Below are positions 1 through 9,790 of a stretch of DNA of 64,000 nucleotides, piece by piece. The position numbers and the translations under genes are program-made. This stretch comes from an uncultured Fibrobacteria bacterium (GTDB lineage Bacteria; Fibrobacterota; Fibrobacteria; UBA11236), in the NCBI GenBank assembly GCA_963716395.1, contig OY970309.1:3690784-3754783 (forward strand), given 5' to 3'. The notes under the pieces are model-generated. The model did no database searches, was not told the DNA's origin, and was given only the letters and a program-made list of their open reading frames with translations. Every line of letters starts with the position of its first letter. The first letter of the stretch is position 1.

Positions 1-880
1 GCTTTCTTCCCGGCTGTTGCCGGCCGGTCGCCGCGCGACGACCTCCCGCCATCTCGACGTGGCCGGGGCGGCGGCCGTGACGATTTCGTTGATGACCGCC
101 GTCTATGCCATCGTGAACGGCAATGAGGCCGGCTGGACATCGACGCTGACCCTGGGCCGTTTGGGCGCGGCGGCAGCGTTATTCGCCCTTTTTCTCGTGA
201 TCGAAAGCCGGGTGCTGACGCCGCTTTTACCCCTGGGGTTGTTTCGCTCACGCAATGTGGCTGCGGCCAATATCGTGGGCGTGCTGTGGGCAGCCGCCAT
301 GTTCGCCTGGTTTTTCCTCTCCGCCCTGTATCTGCAACTGGTGCTCGGCTACCGCCCCCTGCTGGTGGGTTTGTCTTTTCTCCCCGCCAACCTGCTGATG
401 GCCGCGTTTTCCATCGGTCTTTCAGCTAAGCTTGTGCTGCGTTTCGGCATTCGTTGGCCGCTGGGCGTGGGTTTGTTCCTGGCCGCAGGCGGGTTAGTTT
501 GGTTCGCGTGGGCTCCGGTGGATGGGACTTTTGTCGCGCATGTGCTGCCCGGCATGGTGTTGCTCGGCTTGGGCGCGGGCATCGCTTTCAACCCGTTGCT
601 GCTCGCGGCCATGAGCGGCGTGCCGGCTCATCAATCGGGATTGGCATCGGGTGTGGTCAACACCTCGTTCATGATGGGCGGAGCCTTGGGTCTGGCCTGC
701 CTCGCCAGTCTTGCCGCCGCGCGCACGCATCACCTGTTGGCCGCGGGTACGGATGCGCTTTCGGCGCTGAACGGCGGGTATCACCGGGCGTTTTTGCTGG
801 GTGCGGTGTTTGCCGGGCTCGCCGCCCTGCTGGGAGCCTCGCTGTTGCGAACCGACGCCGCGGCTATTTCTTCAGGCTGA
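1..880 (+). CDS. MFS transporter, DHA2/EmrB-QacA type (5' end outside window)
   Basis: LDVAGA and PLLPLGLF motifs, many TM helices, 'SGLASGVVNT..MMGGALG' C-terminal MFS signature. Confidence 0.85.
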   Translation, partial: LSSRLLPAGRRATTSRHLDVAGAAAVTISLMTAVYAIVNGNEAGWTSTLTLGRLGAAAALFALFLVIESRVLTPLLPLGLFRSRNVAAANIVGVLWAAAMFAWFFLSALYLQLVLGYRPLLVGLSFLPANLLMAAFSIGLSAKLVLRFGIRWPLGVGLFLAAGGLVWFAWAPVDGTFVAHVLPGMVLLGLGAGIAFNPLLLAAMSGVPAHQSGLASGVVNTSFMMGGALGLACLASLAAARTHHLLAAGTDALSALNGGYHRAFLLGAVFAGLAALLGASLLRTDAAAISSG

Positions 881-2291
881 GATCGATACCGTCGATGCGA
901 TAAACAGAGGCTGGACCGTATGCGGCCCGGCCGAGCCGGCGCCCCAGGGGATCCCAACCCGGACCGGTGAGGGGAAAAATTCGCACCCCCGCGGGCTGGT
1001 TCACATTCACGGAGGATGCGAGGCTCATCGAAGCATCCATTTGACTGGAAACCATGGCGGCCAGGCTGGATTGACCATTAAAGGTGGTCGCGAAAAATAC
1101 GAGGTCGTGGGTATGATCCACGATGAATCCGGTCTTGGCCTGAATCGAAACGCTGTCGAAAATCACCGAGTCGACCGGAGCTTCGGCGACGCCGTAGATC
1201 TCCACGGAATTCATATTTCCACCCGCGATGGTGATGTTTTTAAAAAGAATGTCTTTCCAGAAGGGAGTGGTTGCGACTATGGGTTGGGCCGGATCCGTGG
1301 TGGGATCGGTAGTTTCGCTGTAATAACTCGTGATGTAAATGGGATGCTGAACCCCCGTCATTACGATGTTCTCGTAGATCAGGTGCTGAACCAATCCCCC
1401 ATTGGTGCGGTTGGCCTTGAGGCGAAGGCCGTTGGTGGTCCCGGTCATGGTGCAACTGTCGACTAGGAGGCTGTCCAGGCCGTCATTCGTCTGGCCGCCC
1501 ACCGAAATGCCATGCCCCGTTCCACAACGCAGGTGGGTGAGGGTAAAGTTTTTACAGAAGGCGTCCCCGGCCTTGATGGCCACGTTGTCGTCGCCCACGG
1601 CCAGGCTGTCGCGGGTGATGAGGTAATCCACCCCCGACGGATCGATGGCATCGGTATTGGGCGCATCGGCGGGAGCGAGAATGGTCGCGGAGTCCACCGT
1701 GACTTCATTGTCATTCGAAAGCGCCAGGTGGAACATGGGGGAATTCTGGAGGGTCAGGCCGTGGACGTGAATACGCGTCGTGTTGGAGAGATGGATGAGG
1801 TAAGGACGGTGCGGCATGTTCGAATTGGCATTGAAGGCCGACCACCACGGCCCCCCCTGCCCGTCGATGACGCCGTGGCCACTGATCGCCAGGTCGGTGG
1901 CGCCGTTAGAGGTGAGCCAATCGGTGTAGCGCGTCGCCGAGGCCGGTAACGGATAGGTGCCGTAAGACAAGGGTTCGACGCGGGCGCCCGCTTCCACGCG
2001 CAAATCGATGTGGCTGGCCAGTACCAGCGGGCCGCTCACATAGGCCTGGGAGGCCGCAGGAAAGTCGATCACGCCCCCGCCGGCCTTGGAAACGGAATCG
2101 ATCAGCGCCTGCAGCGCATTGGCATTGTCGGTGGATCCGTCGGCCACGACTCCGTGTTGGCGGACATCGATGACTGCGGCGGGAATCGCGGGAAGCGGCG
2201 GAATCACTACGGTGGCCCGGGCCGAAAGCAGGGCGGCAGTCACGACGAATAATGCTTGCGCGATCGATTTCGTCCCCACACGATCGGGCAT
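864..2291 (-). CDS. Secreted glycoside hydrolase family 28 (polygalacturonase-like)
   Basis: GH28 motifs NTD, GDD, GHG and RLK; N-terminal signal peptide; ATG at 2291 chosen as start. Confidence 0.88.
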   Translation of the reverse strand: MPDRVGTKSIAQALFVVTAALLSARATVVIPPLPAIPAAVIDVRQHGVVADGSTDNANALQALIDSVSKAGGGVIDFPAASQAYVSGPLVLASHIDLRVEAGARVEPLSYGTYPLPASATRYTDWLTSNGATDLAISGHGVIDGQGGPWWSAFNANSNMPHRPYLIHLSNTTRIHVHGLTLQNSPMFHLALSNDNEVTVDSATILAPADAPNTDAIDPSGVDYLITRDSLAVGDDNVAIKAGDAFCKNFTLTHLRCGTGHGISVGGQTNDGLDSLLVDSCTMTGTTNGLRLKANRTNGGLVQHLIYENIVMTGVQHPIYITSYYSETTDPTTDPAQPIVATTPFWKDILFKNITIAGGNMNSVEIYGVAEAPVDSVIFDSVSIQAKTGFIVDHTHDLVFFATTFNGQSSLAAMVSSQMDASMSLASSVNVNQPAGVRIFPLTGPGWDPLGRRLGRAAYGPASVYRIDGIDLSLKK

Positions 2292-2350
2292 TGCCACCCC
2301 TGGGAAAAAGGATACCCCTTGGAATCTACCCCAATTCACTCAAATCCGCT

Positions 2351-3868
2351 TCAGGCAAAGGCCAGAATGAATTCCTGGGTCGTGCGGTATTTCTCCAAAG
2401 CCTGGATGGCCGCGGGCATTTGGTTCATTTCGGTCAGGTTGGCGAGGTAACGGCGAAAACGTATGGCGGCCTTGAGGTAATCGGTCGGCAGAATCAATTC
2501 TTCGCGGCGCGTGCCTGACATGCCGATATCGATGGCCGGATAGATGCGCTTCTCGGCCAGGCGGCGGTTGAGCACCAATTCCATGTTGCCGGTGCCCTTG
2601 AACTCCTGAAAAATCACTTCGTCCATCTGCGATCCGGTTTGCACCAAAGCGGTGGCGATGATGGTGAGACTGCCGCCTTCTTCCAGCTTGCGCGCCGCCC
2701 CGAAAAACTTCTTCGGTTCCTGCAGCGCCTTGGCGTCGACCCCACCCGACAAAGTGCGCCCCGAGGATTTGAGCTGGTTGTTATAGGCGCGCGACATGCG
2801 GGTGATCGAATCGAGCAGAATCACCACGTCTTTGCCCCGCTCAACTTTGCGCTCGGCCAGGTCGATCACCATTTGCGTGAGGGCGATGTGCTCCTCGATG
2901 GGTTTGTCGAGGCACGAGGCGTAGATCTTGCCGTTCACGCGGCGGGTCAGATGCGTCACTTCTTCGGGTCGTTCGTCGATGAGCAGCACGATGATTTCAG
3001 CTTCGGGGTGGTTGGCCGCGATGCCGTTGGCAATTTTTTCCAGCAGCATGGTTTTGCCGCTGCGCGGCGGCGCCACGATCAATCCGCGCTGCCCTTTGCC
3101 GATGGGCGTCAACAGTTCGAGCAAGGTCATGCTCTTGTCCGGATCCTCCGGCGTGGAGAGGCGGTAGAACTCGTAGGGGTTGACGCTGGTCAAAGTGTGA
3201 AACAGGGGCGATTGCCGCCAGGTTTCGATGGGTTCGTCCTGGATGGACAGAAGCTCGGTGACCACCTTTTGCCGATGATTGCGCTTCTGATGCACGATGG
3301 CCTGAATCTTGTGGCCCGCGCGCAACCCGAACCGGTGTACCATGTCGCGCGGAATCACGATGTCGGCGTCTTGGGATTGAAAGTTGATGCGTTCGGAGCG
3401 CATGAATCCGACGCCGCCGTCGGAGATTTGAATCAGCCCGGTGTATTCCTCGGCATCGGAACGCGCATCATATTCGCCGGAGAAATCCAGGGGTGGATCG
3501 CGCTTGTCCATACGCCGCTTGGGCTGCATGCGGGTCACGATGCGATCGATTTTGTTGCGCTTGCGCCGCCGCCGCAGGCTGTCATTGGACTCGTGGGAGA
3601 TCTGCGAAAGGTTCTGAATGCGGCGCTCCGCGTCGAAACCCTGCGGCTGCCGTTCATTGCCTGCGGAGACTTCACCCTCGTCGCCGCCTTCGTTTTCGTC
3701 TTCATCATCGGCAAACTCGGCCTCTTCGCCACCATCCGCCTCCTGCTCGTTTTCAGCCTCGACGAATTCGGGAGCGATCTCCTCTTCGACCCGCTCCGCC
3801 TCGAATTCTCGGCGCACCGAACCGTTGTCGGCATTCATATCATCCGCCTCTTGTTTCTGCATGGGCAT
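2351..3868 (-). CDS. rho: Transcription termination factor Rho with acidic N-terminal extension
   Basis: [54 protein letters not shown]. Confidence 0.96.
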   Translation of the reverse strand: MPMQKQEADDMNADNGSVRREFEAERVEEEIAPEFVEAENEQEADGGEEAEFADDEDENEGGDEGEVSAGNERQPQGFDAERRIQNLSQISHESNDSLRRRRKRNKIDRIVTRMQPKRRMDKRDPPLDFSGEYDARSDAEEYTGLIQISDGGVGFMRSERINFQSQDADIVIPRDMVHRFGLRAGHKIQAIVHQKRNHRQKVVTELLSIQDEPIETWRQSPLFHTLTSVNPYEFYRLSTPEDPDKSMTLLELLTPIGKGQRGLIVAPPRSGKTMLLEKIANGIAANHPEAEIIVLLIDERPEEVTHLTRRVNGKIYASCLDKPIEEHIALTQMVIDLAERKVERGKDVVILLDSITRMSRAYNNQLKSSGRTLSGGVDAKALQEPKKFFGAARKLEEGGSLTIIATALVQTGSQMDEVIFQEFKGTGNMELVLNRRLAEKRIYPAIDIGMSGTRREELILPTDYLKAAIRFRRYLANLTEMNQMPAAIQALEKYRTTQEFILAFA

Positions 3869-4215
3869 CCCCGTTCGGGATCATCTGGTTTGATTGCCGT
3901 TCGGCGCCCGGCGCCGAAGACGATCCCCGTTCCTTTGAATCCTTAGTGAACCGCGGCACCGGCGGTAATAAAATTTCCCGTATTCTGACTGGGAACCTAT
4001 GCGTTCAGCATACCCACTCTCCCGTCCCGAAACAATGCTGGTTTCAGAGATTTTCTTGCGGGAAAGGGAGTCTTTGAGCTCCCGGGCAACCGGAAAAACA
4101 AACCTTATCGACGCCCCAAATATACTCTTTCGCGGCGGTGAAAATCAAAATTCTCGGCATTTTTCCCTGTCGCTAGTCCGAAAAGTTGCGCTTGCTGCAT
4201 CACCGGCGTCAAGTC

Positions 4216-4503
4216 TCAGCGTGGATTGTAATTGTTCATCACCACGAGTACGCCCGCGATGCAGGCCATCACCACGCTCCCCGCGATGATTTGCTGGCGA
4301 TGGTTGAAAGAACGTTTGACGATGTGCGCGCTGTCGGCGCGCGAAAACGACTTGGACGCAGTATCCTTGGCGCCGGAAAAACGGCCGCTGGAATCGCGGG
4401 GTATATGCACCGAGGATGAATCCAAGGGAGCCGCGGGCGGATCGCCCCATAACGGAGCCGTCGCACCCAGTACCAGCATGAACCCCGCAACCAGAATTTT
4501 CAC
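4216..4503 (-). CDS. Small hypothetical membrane protein (signal peptide plus C-terminal TM helix)
   Basis: GTG start overlaps the gatB stop (GTGA); hydrophobic N- and C-termini. Confidence 0.6.
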   Translation of the reverse strand: MKILVAGFMLVLGATAPLWGDPPAAPLDSSSVHIPRDSSGRFSGAKDTASKSFSRADSAHIVKRSFNHRQQIIAGSVVMACIAGVLVVMNNYNPR

Positions 4504-5951
4504 GCGTCCAGCATTTTCTTCAGCAGTTCGTTGACCTGTTCGGGTCCGGCTTTGCCCTGGCAAAGACGCATCACCTGGCCCACGAAAAAGCCGAACAGTT
4601 TGGTCTTACCTGCCTTGTATTCTGCGACCTTGGCGGCGTTCGACTCCATCGCCTCGCGGATGAAACCTTCGATGGCCGCATCGTCGCGAATCACCATGAG
4701 GTTTTGCTCGTGCACGATTTGCTCCGGAGGCTTGCCTTCGGCCGCCATGTGTTCGAATACGGTTTTGGCGATTTTCCCCGAGATGGCTCCGAAGCGGATC
4801 AGATTGATCATTTCGCCCAGATGACGCGGCGTGAACTTGAGATCGGCGATGGTCAGATTGCCTTCTTTGAGCACGCGCAGCACTTCGCCCATCACCCAGT
4901 TCGAAGCCGCCTTCTTGTCGTCGGTCACGGCGCATACGGCCTCGAAAAACTCGGACACCGCTTTTTCGCGGGTGAGCACGTCGGCGTCGTAAAACGGCAG
5001 CGCAAAGGCGTCGACGTAGCGATGGCGGCGCGCTTCGGGCAATTCGGGCAGCGCGGCGCGAATGCGGTCGACATCGAATTCCTCCACGCGCAGGCGCACC
5101 AGATCGGGCTCGGGGAAATAGCGGTAATCCTGCGCGTCTTCTTTGCTGCGCACCGCCACGGTGACGCCTTTCTGCACGTCCCAGCGCTTGGTTTCGCGCG
5201 CCACCACACCCCCGCGATCCAGGATGGTGGTTTGCAATTCGATTTCGGCCTGCAAGGCCTTCTCGATATTATGGAACGAATTCATGTTCTTCAATTCCAC
5301 CCGGTTGCCGAACGGCGCATCCTCGTCGCGGCGCAGCGACACGTTGGCGTCGCAACGCAAATTGCCGCGCTCCATGTTGGCGTCGCAAATTTCGAGATAC
5401 TCCAATATCTGCTTGAGTTTCTCCAGATAGAGAAAGGCCTCGCGCGGCGAACGCAGTTCGGGCTCGGAGACGATTTCAATCAGCGGAGTGCCGCAGCGGT
5501 TGGCGTCGAACAGCGAGTCGCCCACGGTCAGGTCGTGGATCAATTTGCCCGCATCCTCTTCCATGTGGATGCGCGTGAGGGCGATGCGTTTACGCGCGCC
5601 CCCGTCGAGGTCGATTTCGAGTTGCCCCCCGGTGCAAATGGGCTTGTCATACACCGGCGATCCGCCCTGTTGGGTAATCTGGTAGCCTTTGGGCAAATCG
5701 GGATAGAAGTAATTCTTGCGCGTCCACATGGGTCGCGGCTCGATGCGCGCGCCGCAGGCCAGGCCCATTTTGATGGCGCATTCCACCGCTGCGGCATTGG
5801 GCGCGGGCAGGGCGCCGGGCATGCCCAGGCATACCGGGCAAATTAAGGTGTTGGGCTCGGCGCCGAATTCAACGCGGCAGCCGCAGAACATCTTGGTGTG
5901 GGTGGAGAGCTGCGCATGCACTTCCAATCCGATGACGATGCTGTAAGACAT
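4500..5951 (-). CDS. gatB: Asp/Glu-tRNA amidotransferase subunit B
   Basis: IGLEVHAQL, KNYFYPDLPKGYQI, RIHMEEDAGK, DYRYFPEPD, GFFVGQVM. Confidence 0.98.
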   Translation of the reverse strand: MSYSIVIGLEVHAQLSTHTKMFCGCRVEFGAEPNTLICPVCLGMPGALPAPNAAAVECAIKMGLACGARIEPRPMWTRKNYFYPDLPKGYQITQQGGSPVYDKPICTGGQLEIDLDGGARKRIALTRIHMEEDAGKLIHDLTVGDSLFDANRCGTPLIEIVSEPELRSPREAFLYLEKLKQILEYLEICDANMERGNLRCDANVSLRRDEDAPFGNRVELKNMNSFHNIEKALQAEIELQTTILDRGGVVARETKRWDVQKGVTVAVRSKEDAQDYRYFPEPDLVRLRVEEFDVDRIRAALPELPEARRHRYVDAFALPFYDADVLTREKAVSEFFEAVCAVTDDKKAASNWVMGEVLRVLKEGNLTIADLKFTPRHLGEMINLIRFGAISGKIAKTVFEHMAAEGKPPEQIVHEQNLMVIRDDAAIEGFIREAMESNAAKVAEYKAGKTKLFGFFVGQVMRLCQGKAGPEQVNELLKKMLDA

Positions 5952-6020
5952 AGGGCAAAACTAAAAAACCCGGGCGCCACCGCCGGAGGCACGCGGATAC
6001 GCGTTATCTTTCCGCGGCGC

Positions 6021-6722
6021 ATGCCGCTGCCGTCCGGCCTTTCCGATTATGAATTCCAACGCGTGCTGACCCCCAGCCGCGATGTGCCGCATTACCATCA
6101 CCTGCGTCTGCTCAAAGACGACGACAATGTGCCCCTGCGGTTGGATGCGACCGCGCCGCGGCCGCCGCCGCTGGACCTCGCAGCTTTCTTCGGCGCGCCG
6201 CCGCCACTGGAAATCGAAGTGGGCTGCGGCAAGGGCGGATTTTTTCTGGCCTATTGCGAACGCCATCCGGAGCGGGCTTTTCTGGCTCTGGAAAAAGAGG
6301 CTTCCATCGCCTTTCTCGCCGCCGGGCGCTTGGCCAAACGGCCGACCTTGAAGCATGCGCGCATCGTGCTGGCCGACGCCGTGATTTTTTTCCGCGATTT
6401 TCTACCCGCGCAGTGCGTGGCGGCGGTGCACATTTATTTTCCCGACCCGTGGCCCAAGAAACGCCATCACAAACACCGGCTGATGCAGGCCAATTTTCTG
6501 GATCAGCTGCACCGGATCGCCTTGCCGGAGGCGGCGGTGTATTTCGCCACCGATCACCCGGAGTACAACGCCGAAGCGCGGGCGTTGTTCGCCCAAACGC
6601 CCTGGCTGGAAATGACGGAGGCGGATGCGCCGCCCACCGAAGGCCTGCAAACCAATTTCGAAGTGAAATACCGCCAGGCGGGCAAGCCCATTTACCGCTG
6701 TGCGCTGCGGGTGCGGGGTTGA
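6021..6722 (+). CDS. trmB: tRNA (guanine-N7)-methyltransferase
   Basis: EVGCGKG SAM motif, FPDPWPKKRHHKHRL, ATD, TNFE.KY. Confidence 0.93.
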   Translation: MPLPSGLSDYEFQRVLTPSRDVPHYHHLRLLKDDDNVPLRLDATAPRPPPLDLAAFFGAPPPLEIEVGCGKGGFFLAYCERHPERAFLALEKEASIAFLAAGRLAKRPTLKHARIVLADAVIFFRDFLPAQCVAAVHIYFPDPWPKKRHHKHRLMQANFLDQLHRIALPEAAVYFATDHPEYNAEARALFAQTPWLEMTEADAPPTEGLQTNFEVKYRQAGKPIYRCALRVRG

Positions 6723-7574
6723 CCCCGGCGCAGAATTCCGGGCAGCATGCGGGCATGCCATTGCCGCCATAATTCGTAGTGGCGGTACTGCTTTTCCCGC
6801 CGCCGGAATTCCGCCCCATGCACCACGCGCCGACCGTTGCGGAGCTCGGGCGGCACGATGATGTGCAGGCATTCATGGTACACCACGCCGGCCACGATCT
6901 CGGGCGTGGCGGAAGGGTGATCGTATCCCCGGCTCACGGTGATGAGCGCATAGGGCCGGCCTGCGGCGTCCTGCTGCGTCGATTGGGTCGACAGCCCGCC
7001 CCAGCGCCGCGACCAGGTGATGCGGGCCTGCAGAACTCCGCCGAAATATTTCGGCATTCACCGCGGCCAAAACGGCTGCGAGATCGTGGTGGACGCCCTT
7101 GGGCTGCAAGCGCTGCAGGCGGCGCGCGGCGGCGGCGGCCTGCCGGCGCCCCGCATTCGGTTCGGCGGCGCGATCCGCCTCCATCCAGGCCAGCACACGG
7201 CGTTCCCAGTCGCGGCGAGCACCGCGCCCTTCCGGCGTCAGACGCCGGCCGCGCAGCGAGAGGCGCGCCCATTCCAGCAGAGCCGTGTGGATTGCGGCGG
7301 GAGCGGCCAGCAACCGGCGCGGCACGGAGAGTTCGGCCGATTCTCCGCGTCGCCATTCCAGGCGCCAGCTTTGCCGCAACCGCGGCGGAACGCGGATATG
7401 GATGCCGGCATAGGGCCCCTGGCAGCGGCCGGGTAAATCGGCGGCGGCGGGCGGGTTCGGCGGGGCCGCGAGTGGTTTCGGCGCCACCACCGCAACGGGC
7501 GTGGTCGGCTCGACCGGGCTCGCCGCGACCGCCGGTGCGATTTCGAACAGCGACAGTTGCCGCCAGGCGATCAT
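6692..7574 (-). pseudogene. SprT-like zinc metalloprotease, split by a 1-nt frameshift at ~7049-7051 (mutation or sequencing error)
   Basis: ATG overlaps the secretin stop (ATGA). One frame runs MIAWRQLSLF...HDLAAVLAAVNAE; another continues YFGG...VYHECLH...HGAEF. Removing one A from GAAATAT gives a single 293-aa ORF. Confidence 0.75.
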
Positions 7575-9790
7575 GGCTGCGAAGAATCCGGCGCGGCCCG
7601 CTTGGGTGCGACGGCCGGGGTCGGCACGGGAATGATGTCTTCGGGTTTCACCTGACCGTTGCGACGGTCCATGGCCTTGAATTCCTGGGCCATGTTCACG
7701 CCTTTTTGCTCGGGTCGCAAAATGTGCGGCGTAACATAGATCACGAGTTCCGTAGTCACTTTCAAATCCTGGTGGTAGGAAAACAGCCACTTGAGCAATG
7801 GAATGCTGCCCAGAATGGGCACGAACTTGCGCTGCGAATCCTCCTGCGAGGTGATGAGGCCGCCCAGAGCGATGGTTTCGCCGTCCATCAAATCCACATT
7901 GGTGGAAATGGAACGGTTGGTGATGGGCGCGGGGCTATTGCTCACGGCCTGGCCAGCGGTTTTGATGGTAGGGGTGATATCCACGTTGACGTCGCCGTGC
8001 TGGGTGATCCACGGCGTCAATTCAATGGTGATCCCGTCGTCGATGGCGCGGAAATCGTTGTTCTGAAATCCGTCCTTGGTCACCGAACTCACCTCGTAAT
8101 AGGAGGTGCGCGTCACCTGCAATTGGGCTTTGTTGCCGTTGAGGGTGGTGATTTTCGGCTCGGCCAGCACGCGGGCCCGATCTTCGGATTCGAGGGCGTT
8201 GAGGCTGAGGTCGAAGGTGGGCGGCAGAATGCCGATGGCGCCGCGGAATGATCCCTGCTGAAAGGCATCGCGCACGCCGCTCAGACTGGTTTCCACGTTC
8301 AGGTTCGGCCCCTCGTTGGAGGACTTGCCGGCAGCCACGCCGAATTGCGCCGTGTGTTGCAGGTTGTACTCCACCACCACCACTTCCAGCATCACTTGCG
8401 GCGTGGGCAAATCGATTTTGCCGATGAATTCTTTGGCCTGCTCGATGTCTTCGCCCGTGCCCGCGATGAGCAGCGCATTCTGCTCCTTGACCACCGTCGC
8501 ATTATCCTGCAAAGCCTTGGGCAACAGCTTGAGCGCATTTTCGGCGCGCGTGTATTTCAAGAAGACCAGGTCGGCTCCGGACAGGGCCTGGCCCGAAGGC
8601 GTGTTGGGATTGCGGTCGCCGACCAGCAAGGTGCCCTGGCGGTTGATGAAGGTGAAGCGCGTGCCGGTCAGGATATGCGCCAACGCCTCTTCCACGGGCA
8701 CGTCGCGCATCTGGGCATTCACGGTGCCGGAGAGGTCGCTGATCACCGAGTAGTTCAAGCCCGCCTGTTCGGCGATTTCGCGCACCACGTCGGCCAGGGC
8801 GGAATTATGGCAGGTCAAGGTCACCTTGCCGTCATGCACATCGACGTCGCCGTTGCCGCCCGCCCCCGGCAGGAAGCGGCGACGGCCGGGAAAGGCGGGA
8901 TTGGCGGGTTCCGCCCCCTCTTCGGCTTCGACCAGATAGACGCCGCTGCGAATATGCACCGAGAAATTGTTCGCGGCCATGAGCGCCTTGAGGCCGTCGA
9001 GCGGCCGCACGTCGCGCAATTGGCCGCTCACCGTGCCATCGAGGCCCTGGCCCGGCACCACGTTGATGCCGGTTTTTTCTCCGAACTCGCGTAGAAACTC
9101 GCGGACGGGAGCGTTCTTCACATCGACGGACATTTTTCCGGCATGCATTTGCAGCACGCTTTGCACGATTTCTTTGTGGCGCTGCACGTGAAAGACGTCG
9201 CCTGTGCGCACGAAGTCCAGTCCGTGGCTGCTGCAGATTTGATCCAGGCCTTCCAGCACGGGAATTTTTTCCAGGTGGATGGTGACCTTGACATCGCCGA
9301 GGTCGCTGTCGGGCACGATGCTGAGGCCGTAGGCCGTGCCGATGGATCGCAGCACATTGAGAATGGGCTCGTTGACATAATCGACGTTGAGCAAACGCCC
9401 GGTGTCGGGCGCGGCGCCGCGGGCCTGCGCCGCCTCTTCGCGCCGGGCGTGCGCGGATTTTTTGCCTTTGGCCGGATGGCGCGCCACGGTTCCCGCGGCC
9501 GGCGGTGCGCCCAAGGTCCGGGGCGGTTCCTTGCTCTCCAGATTGTTCGGCGCCGCATTGTCCGGACGCGTCGGAACCACGGTTCCGGCGCCGGGCGGCG
9601 TAGCCGGCGGCGCGGGGGCCTCGGGCGCCGTTTCCGGCGGCGCCGGCTGCTGCTCCGGAGCCGGATTCGACGGCGGTAGCGGCGGCGTTACGACCGGAGG
9701 CGGTGCGACGGCCGTGCTCTCGACCCCGCTGTCTTGCGCGGCCGCCGCCGCGGCCAGGGCCAAAGCCAGGCACCAGGCCCAGCGCATCAC
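7571..9790 (-). CDS. Secretin (GspD/PilQ family) with Pro-rich N-terminus and several N-domains
   Basis: QVMLEVVVVE, LAEPKITTLNG, DGETIALGGLI, VPILGSIPLLKWLF, ELVIYVTPHI; signal peptide. Confidence 0.93.
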   Translation of the reverse strand: MMRWAWCLALALAAAAAAQDSGVESTAVAPPPVVTPPLPPSNPAPEQQPAPPETAPEAPAPPATPPGAGTVVPTRPDNAAPNNLESKEPPRTLGAPPAAGTVARHPAKGKKSAHARREEAAQARGAAPDTGRLLNVDYVNEPILNVLRSIGTAYGLSIVPDSDLGDVKVTIHLEKIPVLEGLDQICSSHGLDFVRTGDVFHVQRHKEIVQSVLQMHAGKMSVDVKNAPVREFLREFGEKTGINVVPGQGLDGTVSGQLRDVRPLDGLKALMAANNFSVHIRSGVYLVEAEEGAEPANPAFPGRRRFLPGAGGNGDVDVHDGKVTLTCHNSALADVVREIAEQAGLNYSVISDLSGTVNAQMRDVPVEEALAHILTGTRFTFINRQGTLLVGDRNPNTPSGQALSGADLVFLKYTRAENALKLLPKALQDNATVVKEQNALLIAGTGEDIEQAKEFIGKIDLPTPQVMLEVVVVEYNLQHTAQFGVAAGKSSNEGPNLNVETSLSGVRDAFQQGSFRGAIGILPPTFDLSLNALESEDRARVLAEPKITTLNGNKAQLQVTRTSYYEVSSVTKDGFQNNDFRAIDDGITIELTPWITQHGDVNVDITPTIKTAGQAVSNSPAPITNRSISTNVDLMDGETIALGGLITSQEDSQRKFVPILGSIPLLKWLFSYHQDLKVTTELVIYVTPHILRPEQKGVNMAQEFKAMDRRNGQVKPEDIIPVPTPAVAPKRAAPDSSQP

